A stretch of 32,000 bases of DNA, taken from NCBI GenBank assembly GCA_964355135.1, contig CAYHCG010000005.1, positions 30,320 to 62,319 of the forward strand, given 5' to 3'. Under the pieces are notes generated by a model. The model was not told the DNA's origin and did no database searches. It saw only the letters and a program-made list of their open reading frames with translations. Each line of letters starts with the position of its first letter. Position 1 is the stretch's first letter. The position numbers and the translations under genes are program-made. This document shows, piece by piece, positions 15,974-23,131 of the stretch. Source of the DNA: Candidatus Woesearchaeota archaeon. GTDB taxonomy: Archaea; Nanobdellota; Nanobdellia; Pacearchaeales; GW2011-AR1.

Positions 15974-16162
15974 ATGGCAGCTGGAGAAAAACTAAAATCG
16001 TTTATTATACAATCAAAAAGAGTATGGCAGATACTTAAGAAACCTTCAGGAGCAGAATTCCGCACAGTCGCTAAGATATCTGCAATTGGTATTCTCGCTT
16101 TAGGCGCAATGAGCTTTATCATAACAGAAATAATCATAATCGCAACTAATATCTTTACTTAA
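15974..16162 (+). CDS. secE: Preprotein translocase subunit SecE (Sec61 gamma)
   Basis: 62 aa. KSFIIQSKRVWQILKKPSGAEFRTVAKISAIGILALGAMSFII is the typical amphipathic helix plus single TM helix. It sits in the ftsZ-secE context. Confidence 0.85.
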   Translation: MAAGEKLKSFIIQSKRVWQILKKPSGAEFRTVAKISAIGILALGAMSFIITEIIIIATNIFT

Positions 16163-16825
16163 TTATAGTCCGGACAATTTTCTTACATCTTCTTTACAAT
16201 CAGCTACTAACCTCTCAATACTGCCTTGAAATCTCAATGGCTCTCCAAACCCAACTCTGACAGTTGTTCTATATCCATTTTTCTCATAGTTGATTCCTCC
16301 GGGCACAACCAATACTTCTCTTCCATATTTTTCTTGGGCCTTCATCGCTTCTATAAACAGTTTATCGTAAAATTCTCCCATCACTCCAGGTTTTCTAGTT
16401 GCCTCAGGAAATATAATGTTATGTCCTCTTGCGGCTAAATTCATATCTAACAAAGCCAAGGTATCTGAGTTATTTTCTCGGGCTTGTTGTATTAGTGAAC
16501 CAGCTCTCCCTACATCTCTTGGTCTATACAGTTTTAGGGCACCTAGTAGCCCTAAGGCTCTATCAAATTTTCCTACAGACCTCATAGGAAAAGAAGGATA
16601 AAAAGGAAAAACGTCCAATAATGGAGCGGTATAGAAATAAGGATCAAAAAAATTTACATGTTTTGCTGCGATCACTACCGGGCCCTTTCTAGGAACATTT
16701 TTTACACCCTCTACTTCAAAAGAATAGGGTATTCTCATCAAACAACCTGAAAGAAAACTCACAGCACTATAAGTTAGTTTTTGTTTCGCTTTTGTCAAAT
16801 TCCACTCTGTCTCTATATTCCCCAT
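16163..16825 (-). CDS. PlsC/LPLAT-family acyltransferase (1-acylglycerol-3-phosphate O-acyltransferase-like)
   Basis: It has the HX4D catalytic motif in 'AAKHVNFFDP', 'IIFPEATRKPG' (compare FPEGTR) and 'VVPGGINYE' (motif IV). Confidence 0.7.
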   Translation of the reverse strand: MGNIETEWNLTKAKQKLTYSAVSFLSGCLMRIPYSFEVEGVKNVPRKGPVVIAAKHVNFFDPYFYTAPLLDVFPFYPSFPMRSVGKFDRALGLLGALKLYRPRDVGRAGSLIQQARENNSDTLALLDMNLAARGHNIIFPEATRKPGVMGEFYDKLFIEAMKAQEKYGREVLVVPGGINYEKNGYRTTVRVGFGEPLRFQGSIERLVADCKEDVRKLSGL

Positions 16826-16898
16826 TAGTTTTTCTAAAAATCTTTCTATTTAAATTTACTCAAAAAGCTTAAAAGACATCATTTCTTGTAGTTTTCGT

Positions 16899-16973
16899 GG
16901 GGTTGTATTATAGCCTGGTCTAGTATTCGAGGTTTGGGACCTTGAGACCCCGGTTCAAATCCGGGCAACCCCA
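16899..16973 (+). tRNA. tRNA-Pro (anticodon UGG); CCA not encoded
   Basis: Hand fold: acceptor GGGGTTG/CAACCCC, anticodon arm CGAGG-TTTGGGA-CCTTG (TGG, with G37), T arm CCCGG-TTCAAAT-CCGGG, discriminator A. The D stem is AT-rich with one mismatch. Confidence 0.8.
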
Positions 16974-16992
16974 TTATATTAAAAAAGAGAAG

Positions 16993-17229
16993 ATGAAAAG
17001 TAAAAGAATTAAGAAAAAAGACGCGGCAAAAATAAGAAATTATTTAATTTTATTAATTGGTCTTTATTTATTAGTTGACGGATTTTTAAGTATCGTCGTT
17101 GCTACTCCTTCTTCCTGTTACACAAATTGCCTGAATAATTCTCCTCTTGGACAAGCAGGAAGAATATTGAGAGCGTTAATTGGAGTTTTCTTAATCTACG
17201 AATCTTTCCAAAGAAAAAGATATACTTAA
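16993..17229 (+). CDS. Small 2-TM membrane protein (start moved out of the tRNA)
   Basis: The track ORF starts at a TTG inside tRNA-Pro. The ATG at 16993 gives MKSKRIKKKDAAKIRNYLILLIGLYLLVDGFLSIVV... Confidence 0.4.
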   Translation: MKSKRIKKKDAAKIRNYLILLIGLYLLVDGFLSIVVATPSSCYTNCLNNSPLGQAGRILRALIGVFLIYESFQRKRYT

Positions 17230-17230
17230 A

Positions 17231-17836
17231 TTATCTAGGTTTTGGTATTACAAATTTAAATTGTACTCCTGCTCCAAATCCGTCAAAATCATAACTTCCT
17301 CTTCTGCTCTCATTATCAGTAAGATTGTATTGTACAAAAAATCCCGCCGTAAAATTTGGAGTAATTCCAAGTTCATATGTAACTCCAATACTTGCGCCCC
17401 AACCGATAACTGAGTCTTCGGTAGTATGATTAAAACCCCAAAGTTCTCCTTCTAAGTCAAAATTAGCATGGAAAAATTCTACACCTAAATTCAAACTAAA
17501 ATGATGATCAAAAGGATAGTAGTTAACTCCAGCTCCAACAGATTGAAAATTTCCATCCACCCTTCCATCATCAAGATGTGATGGAGATAAATCAAGCTCC
17601 CCATTTGCAAAATCTCCTCTTAAGAAAATTTCCAGTTTGTCATCAACTTCCCAATTTGCTTGCATTCTATAAAATGGAACCAACTTCTCATCACCAAATC
17701 CTAAATTACTCCCCTTTACCTGTCTTGCCCCCCCTCCAACACTATAGCTATCGGGATTCAAATCTCCAAAAACAGGTCCTCCCGCAAGAAAAGGCAATAT
17801 GCTCAGTAAACCCAGTCTTAGCGACCTAGCTTTCAT
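17231..17836 (-). CDS. Signal-peptide protein with the pattern of an OMP-like 8-stranded beta-barrel
   Basis: It has a signal peptide (MKARSLRLGLLSILPFLAGGPVFG). Amphipathic strands with aromatic girdles alternate with turns: SVGAGVNYYPF, FSLNLGVEFFHANF, GWGASIGVTYELG, FTAGFFVQYNL, and the C-terminal GFGAGVQFKF. This resembles the bacterial OMP_b-brl/OmpX-OmpW type. Confidence 0.55.
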   Translation of the reverse strand: MKARSLRLGLLSILPFLAGGPVFGDLNPDSYSVGGGARQVKGSNLGFGDEKLVPFYRMQANWEVDDKLEIFLRGDFANGELDLSPSHLDDGRVDGNFQSVGAGVNYYPFDHHFSLNLGVEFFHANFDLEGELWGFNHTTEDSVIGWGASIGVTYELGITPNFTAGFFVQYNLTDNESRRGSYDFDGFGAGVQFKFVIPKPR

Positions 17837-17891
17837 AAAATATAGTAATCCCTGCCAACTTATTTAAACGTATCTTTTATACATTTAAACA

Positions 17892-18287
17892 TTATAAATA
17901 TCCATCTTCAATAAGCTTCGGGATTAAATGAGCTTCAACTCCTTTTGAAACATTTACCTTTTTATTAAAGATTTCTTCTTTAGAACACCAGTTAAATTGA
18001 GTAACTTCTTGCCCTGCCTTTATTTTTCCTTTATAGCTGACAAGATAGTAATGATTTACTTGCTTTTCATTCTTAATCTCGTTTAGTAATGTTAAAGTTA
18101 TATAATGTTTCATTGAAGTTAATGTTACGCTCAACTCTTCCAGTAATTCTCTTTTCAAACAATCTTCTTGGGCTTCTTTCTCTTCCATTCTGCCTCCGGG
18201 AGTCCAATAAAAAGTTCCTTTATACCCAGTTACTAATAAGATTTTCCTTTCTTTTATTATAATAGCAGCAACTCTTTCAGGAAGCAT
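17892..18287 (-). CDS. NUDIX hydrolase
   Basis: Nudix box GGRMEEKEAQEDCLKRELLEELSV (GX5EX7REUXEEXGU). Confidence 0.85.
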   Translation of the reverse strand: MLPERVAAIIIKERKILLVTGYKGTFYWTPGGRMEEKEAQEDCLKRELLEELSVTLTSMKHYITLTLLNEIKNEKQVNHYYLVSYKGKIKAGQEVTQFNWCSKEEIFNKKVNVSKGVEAHLIPKLIEDGYL

Positions 18288-18382
18288 ACTCTTTAAAAGA
18301 AATAGTCTTTATTTAAAAGCTTAGAAAAATTCTTGATAAAAATAGTATAATTTAAAAACCCCTTTTAGCACCTTCTTTTACT

Positions 18383-18610
18383 ATGGGAAGCAAAACAAAG
18401 AAAATTAAGGCAGCAGGCAAATTCAAATCAGCAGGCGGAGTTAGCGTTAGAAACAAGTATAACTCAGTAGAAGCTTTGCAGAGAGTATCACAACCTTCTC
18501 CATTCCACCCTACAGGTAGAGCAAAGAGAGTTGCAGTAGGAATCTGGAAATGTGTAAAAACAGGAAAAGTTTTCGCAGGCCACGCTTACTTTTTAGAAGC
18601 AAGGAAATAA
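18383..18610 (+). CDS. rpl37ae: Ribosomal protein L37Ae (L43e), zinc-ribbon cysteines mostly lost
   Basis: KAAGKF...VSVRNKYNSVEALQR...AKRVAVGIWKCVKTGKVFAGHAY aligns with archaeal L37Ae (...HVCPYCG...GIWKCRKCG..FTGGAY). The four Zn-ligand positions read S, H, C and T. Confidence 0.8.
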   Translation: MGSKTKKIKAAGKFKSAGGVSVRNKYNSVEALQRVSQPSPFHPTGRAKRVAVGIWKCVKTGKVFAGHAYFLEARK

Positions 18611-18732
18611 TTCTACAAGTTTTTTAAAACATCTAAATTGAATGTAATTATGTAAACTATCTCAGATTATAATGTATCTATATAGTAGTAACAGATACAA
18701 ACCTTTATATACTCTTTTTGACTCTATTTTTT

Positions 18733-19386
18733 ATGAAAAAGAGAAGCTTTTTGGATAATGTAGCAACATGGGGCGTTCGACTAGCTGTGCCTTTGGCTCT
18801 TAATCAAGCCGCTTATACATACATGCAACCTAAATGGTCTTCTGATGTTCTCTCAAGAGAATCTGAATTAGATCTCACTAAGGTTTACATTCCAGGTCTA
18901 GAAAGTGCTGCCCCCCATCTAGACGCAAGAGATTTTGTTAACCTAGCAAATAGCGAAGTTCATAGAATAGTAAGTGAAGGTGTAGAGACTGTTCCAGTTT
19001 GCAGAAACTATGCAGAAGCTACCGAGAAAGTAGCTGTAGGTTTAATGGAGCAAGCCGGAAAAGGGAGTCTTAAAAATTGCTTGGAGAGAAGAGTAGATGG
19101 AGAACATGTCTGGCTAACAATTCGTGAAGGCAATTCATGGGTTGATTATGAAACTATGCATGAGCCTCAAGATGTATACGGCTGTCCCCTTGAGTTAAAT
19201 ACACAAAATGTAAAAGATTATTCAAGAAGAAGCGCACGTTCAAGAGCAATCCTAAACGGAGATCCATACAGAAAAGCTCATGCAATCTGTAAGAGCAATA
19301 GCGAATGTCGTCCAACTCCAGAATCTCTGTCTGCTGTAGGAGACGCAGTTACTTTTTTAAACCTTAATTTGAATGGTGGAGAATAA
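18733..19386 (+). CDS. Secreted transglutaminase-like (Cys-His-Asp) peptidase-fold protein
   Basis: It has an N-terminal signal-like segment (MKKRSFLDNVATWGVRLAVPLALNQAAY). Its triad pattern is 'VPVCRNYAEATEKVAVGLMEQAG...VDGEHVWLTIREGNSWVDYET' (C..YA, HVW, W.DY). The start is set at the ATG at 18733, with the TATA 'cctttatatac' upstream. Confidence 0.5.
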   Translation: MKKRSFLDNVATWGVRLAVPLALNQAAYTYMQPKWSSDVLSRESELDLTKVYIPGLESAAPHLDARDFVNLANSEVHRIVSEGVETVPVCRNYAEATEKVAVGLMEQAGKGSLKNCLERRVDGEHVWLTIREGNSWVDYETMHEPQDVYGCPLELNTQNVKDYSRRSARSRAILNGDPYRKAHAICKSNSECRPTPESLSAVGDAVTFLNLNLNGGE

Positions 19387-19389
19387 AAA

Positions 19390-20172
19390 ATGACAAACGA
19401 ATATCATCCAAACAGAAGAGAATTTTTGGAAACTGTCACCAAATATGGAATAGGCTTAGCAGCAACTTTAAGTCTTCCTAGGATTCTTACTGCTGCTCCC
19501 CAAACTAAACAAGCTCCCACGATTTCAAATATTTATAATCCAATTATAGATGAGGCTTTGAATTATTTTGAATCAATGCACGGAGTAAGTCCTGGAAGAG
19601 ATTTGGTGAAAGCAATGATCGCAGTAGAATCAGGTGCTACTCGGGATGCATTTAGGCACGACCCAATGCAGATAGCAAATCAAGGAGATTTTGCTTTAGA
19701 TGTCTTAATCAATCGCAGAGAAAATACTAATCTTATCGGAGATTTTTCACGTCTAAAAGGAAAAACAAAAACACCATGGAGAAATAAAAATTGGGATTAC
19801 TCACAAAGCAATATGGATCCAGCATCAAGTATATTGGGAGGAGTAGGATGGCTTTATCACAAAGCCGCTGATTATTCTACTCGATTAATAGAAGAAGGAA
19901 AAGTAAGAAATTATACCTTGCGGAGTGGAGATACGTATGAAAAAATATCAAGAAATGTAGGCACTACGGTAGAATCTTTGAAGAAAAATAATCCTAAGTT
20001 AGACCCTGCTAAATTAAAGATAGGACAAACCATAAAATTTAGAAAAGCTAAACAAGTAGCATTCATAAGCGGATGGAGAAATTGGGAAAGTGCAGTGCAG
20101 GGATATAACGGTGGTGGAAATCCCAAGTATCTTCAAGAAGTATTAGAATCTAAAAGAGAAATGGAAAAATAA
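19390..20172 (+). CDS. Tat-signal lytic transglycosylase (SLT domain) with an inserted LysM domain
   Basis: The twin-arginine signal is NRREFLETVTKYGIGLAATLSLP. The SLT motifs are AMIAVESGATRDAF..DPMQI, SILGGVGWLYHK and VQGYNGGGNPKY. The LysM domain is YTLRSGDTYEKISRNVGTTVESLKKNNPKLDPAKLKIGQTIKF, inserted between the last two SLT motifs. Confidence 0.78.
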   Translation: MTNEYHPNRREFLETVTKYGIGLAATLSLPRILTAAPQTKQAPTISNIYNPIIDEALNYFESMHGVSPGRDLVKAMIAVESGATRDAFRHDPMQIANQGDFALDVLINRRENTNLIGDFSRLKGKTKTPWRNKNWDYSQSNMDPASSILGGVGWLYHKAADYSTRLIEEGKVRNYTLRSGDTYEKISRNVGTTVESLKKNNPKLDPAKLKIGQTIKFRKAKQVAFISGWRNWESAVQGYNGGGNPKYLQEVLESKREMEK

Positions 20173-20173
20173 A

Positions 20174-20509
20174 ATGATGAAAAAAATAGGAAGATTATTG
20201 GTGGATAGAGTAAATTATAACCATACTATAACAAGCAAAAGAGGGAACTTGCACGTAGCTTTAAGAAATTTGGCAGAAACAGGAGTGCCTAGAAAAGATG
20301 CAATAAGGTTTATCAAAAAGTATAATACTTTGGCCGTCTTAAATGAACTTTCTTTCTTAACCAGTTCTATGAATCCCGAATACGGTTTTCGAGAACCCGC
20401 CGATGATTATATCCTTATTAGCATAAGGGCTGAACAAAATAGAAGAGCAACGGCCACAGGAAAGTACCCTTTAGAGGGCGGTCGCGAGCAATGCTGGAGA
20501 TACGCTTAA
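20174..20509 (+). CDS. Hypothetical protein, third gene of the wall-hydrolase operon
   Basis: Its ATG lies 1 nt after the stop of the upstream gene. 111 aa, Arg-rich. No motif recognised. Confidence 0.45.
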   Translation: MMKKIGRLLVDRVNYNHTITSKRGNLHVALRNLAETGVPRKDAIRFIKKYNTLAVLNELSFLTSSMNPEYGFREPADDYILISIRAEQNRRATATGKYPLEGGREQCWRYA

Positions 20510-21636
20510 TCTTCACCCTTATACAAATACTTATCAACTTCTTTTTTAGCTTTCTCTCTCTTGACTTGATGGTCTTTTAGAAAAGCATTGATCTTATCAA
20601 TTGTTATTTTCTTTAGTTCCGAAGTTAGCATCTTTCCAGATTTATAATCCTGATAAATATTCGCAAGTTTTTTATCGTCTTCCTCAAATAAGAATTTAAG
20701 ATATTGGAAACATACATCTACTTCAGGATTTCCTCCTAATTTTCTGTGCTCTTCTAATGTATCTCTTCCTCCAGAGAAAGCATATTTCTTTATTTTGTTT
20801 TCTACTTCTTTTGGCGTATCTGTTGTGTAGATTGCTTCTCCTGCCGAGCTGCTCATTTTTCCCTGGGTGCCTGCAAGTGGGGGTAGAAAAACACATTGTA
20901 TAGAAGCAGGCTTGTAAAATCCTAGTTTAGGCAATATATCGCGAGTAAGTCGGAAGTGAACATCTTGGTCTACTGCATGAGGAATTAAGCATGGAATATT
21001 CTTTCCCTTAATAACTGAAGGAAGAATAGCCGGAACAGCTTGCATACTAGTATAGAAGATGCTTCCAATATTAGAAGACTCGTTCAACCCAAAAGACGAT
21101 TTAACCATTGAAAAAGTAATTTTCTTGGCAACTTTACATGCTTCCTTATACATTAAGTTCGCGTGTCTAGTATCAACTATGAAATGAGTTTTTTTAGGAT
21201 TAAATCCAAGAGCAACGACATCAAGCATGTTATCTTCTAAATATTCTTGCCCTTTTTCAAAATCTAGATCTTGCTTAAACAAGAATTTTTCTTCATCCGG
21301 AAATTGAAACCAGAGTTCTACATCAAAAACATCCTGGAGCCATTTTGTAAAAATCCATGGTTGTAAATGTCCAAGATGTATTTTTCCAGAAGGAGCCCTT
21401 CCAGTATAGAGGAAAAATTTGTTCCCTTTTTCATATTCATCTAAAAGCCACTTCAAATCTCTATGGGCAAAGAAAATTCCTCTTCTAAGCATAAAGTGAT
21501 TTTTCTTAGCATGTTTCTCAATCCTTTTCAATAAGTCTGTGTCTATTTTCTCGACTCCAAATTCCTTGACAAGTTTATCATAGTCTATCTTTCCAGAGAC
21601 TTCCCAGGGAGTTACTTTAAATTCTTCTTTTGTCAT
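20506..21636 (-). CDS. trpS: Tryptophanyl-tRNA synthetase (archaeal/eukaryotic type)
   Basis: VTPWEVSGKIDYDKLVKEFG, the HIGH-type motif TGRAPSGKIHLGHL, FTKWLQDVFDV and the KMSKS-type motif KMSSS. Confidence 0.95.
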   Translation of the reverse strand: MTKEEFKVTPWEVSGKIDYDKLVKEFGVEKIDTDLLKRIEKHAKKNHFMLRRGIFFAHRDLKWLLDEYEKGNKFFLYTGRAPSGKIHLGHLQPWIFTKWLQDVFDVELWFQFPDEEKFLFKQDLDFEKGQEYLEDNMLDVVALGFNPKKTHFIVDTRHANLMYKEACKVAKKITFSMVKSSFGLNESSNIGSIFYTSMQAVPAILPSVIKGKNIPCLIPHAVDQDVHFRLTRDILPKLGFYKPASIQCVFLPPLAGTQGKMSSSAGEAIYTTDTPKEVENKIKKYAFSGGRDTLEEHRKLGGNPEVDVCFQYLKFLFEEDDKKLANIYQDYKSGKMLTSELKKITIDKINAFLKDHQVKREKAKKEVDKYLYKGED

Positions 21637-21657
21637 TATTATCTATAAGTTGTTTTG

Positions 21658-21666
21658 TTTATAAAT
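21658..21666 (-). promoter_or_regulatory. TATA box for trpS (leaderless spacing)
   Basis: The minus strand reads ATTTATAAA, 22-30 nt upstream of the trpS ATG. Confidence 0.45.
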
Positions 21667-21711
21667 CTTAATGACAGCTAAAATTAATAAGTCCGTCTAA
21701 CTCCTAAAACC

Positions 21712-22764
21712 ATGGAAAAGTTTAGCATTATGTCTCAGCCAAGCAGTTTCTATAAAGCAATGCTTAAGGATATCAAGCAAGCAAAAAAAAGCATCTTTCT
21801 TGAAACGTACATCTATGATAAAGACAGTGTAGGAGAGAAATTCAAAAAAGCTTTAATGAAGAAAGCTTCTCAAGGTGTTAAAGTTAAAGTTCTAGTAGAT
21901 GCTTGGGGGTCTACAGCAGACAAGGCCTTTTTCCAGGATCTAATTGATGAGGGAGCAGAAGTACGTTTTTATCGCGAATTTAGATATACTATAAGGATTT
22001 TCAGCAAAAATCACGAACGTAACCATCGTAAATTACTCATCATCGATAATAAAGTCTCCTATATCGGTTCTGCGAATATCACCGCTTCATGCCTTAACTG
22101 GAGAGAACTGGTAATACGCTTAGAGGGAGACATTACTCCTCATTTTTCAAAATCCTTCAAGCAGAGTTGGCAGTCGTTCGGTAAGCCGGTAAAGAGAAGG
22201 TTTAACTCGGTAATCCATAAGGGATTTGAGATTATCCAGGAAGTCCCATCGTTAAAGTATAAAACAACAGAGAAAAAGTATGTCCAGTTGATTGAGTCTG
22301 CCAAAAAAACGATACTCATAGAAGCGCCTTACTTTGTGCCATCACATGGTATCAGAAAAGCATTTGCAAGAGCGGTCAAAAGACATGTAAAAATTGTTGT
22401 AGTGCTCCCTAAGATTTCTGATGTAAAAATAATAGACATCGTCAGAAACCGTTATTTAGGTGAATTACATAAGGAAGGCATAAAAATCTATTATTACTCT
22501 CCTAAAATTCTCCATTCAAAGCTCTTTATTATGGATAATAAATTCTTTATTTTAGGGTCTTCAAACTTGGATTATAGAAGTTTTCTTCATCAATATGAAA
22601 TAAATCTTCTTGGAAAAGACAGAAAAATAATAAATGAATTAAACAAATATTTCTATAGTACTTTGCTCGATTCAACCAAATTCAATATAAATGAATGGAA
22701 GAGACGTTCTTCTTTAGTAAAAATACCTGAAATGATAATTTCATATCTTGAGAAATATTTATAA
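21712..22764 (+). CDS. Phospholipase D superfamily protein (cardiolipin synthase-like, no TM segment)
   Basis: It has two HKD motifs: NHRKLLIIDNKVSYIGSANI and LHSKLFIMDNKFFILGSSNLD. Confidence 0.85.
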   Translation: MEKFSIMSQPSSFYKAMLKDIKQAKKSIFLETYIYDKDSVGEKFKKALMKKASQGVKVKVLVDAWGSTADKAFFQDLIDEGAEVRFYREFRYTIRIFSKNHERNHRKLLIIDNKVSYIGSANITASCLNWRELVIRLEGDITPHFSKSFKQSWQSFGKPVKRRFNSVIHKGFEIIQEVPSLKYKTTEKKYVQLIESAKKTILIEAPYFVPSHGIRKAFARAVKRHVKIVVVLPKISDVKIIDIVRNRYLGELHKEGIKIYYYSPKILHSKLFIMDNKFFILGSSNLDYRSFLHQYEINLLGKDRKIINELNKYFYSTLLDSTKFNINEWKRRSSLVKIPEMIISYLEKYL

Positions 22765-22771
22765 ATTTTAA

Positions 22772-23113
22772 TCATACTAAACTACAAATTCCCGGGATAA
22801 TTCTAAGTATTATCCAGAGCAAGAATAATAATATCGATAAAAGCAATAGAAATACCCAATTTGGACTATGGTCTTTATCAATTAAGAATGGGCTACCAAA
22901 TATGAGCCAAATTAAAAAGAACGCTCCAGCAATAACAAGTATGCGATTGCAATAATTTGGTGAAATTATTCCATATAGGAAAATTAAAATGAATATTATT
23001 AGTAGGATTATCCCAACTGCTAAACTGTTGTTTCCTTTCTTATCCATTTTGGATATTTTATCTATATACTCTCTAATATATAAAGTTTGGGCAGACAACA
23101 AATTTAAATACAT
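22772..23113 (-). CDS. Hypothetical 3-TM membrane protein
   Basis: 113 aa with three long hydrophobic helices. Confidence 0.5.
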   Translation of the reverse strand: MYLNLLSAQTLYIREYIDKISKMDKKGNNSLAVGIILLIIFILIFLYGIISPNYCNRILVIAGAFFLIWLIFGSPFLIDKDHSPNWVFLLLLSILLFLLWIILRIIPGICSLV

Positions 23114-23131
23114 TGCAAAATATAAAAATAC

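Noticed and set aside
16942-16992. N-terminal extension of ORF 16942..17229
   Set aside because: It starts at a TTG inside the tRNA-Pro gene. The ATG at 16993, downstream of the tRNA, is the plausible start.
17231-20509. Bacterial contamination or a chimeric contig as the explanation for the OMP-like and murein-hydrolase genes
   Set aside because: The genes are interleaved on one contig with archaeal tRNA-Pro, L37Ae and archaeal-type TrpRS. They use the same TATA-at-minus-27 promoter layout. Misassembly cannot be excluded without reads, so it is listed as a refutation test.
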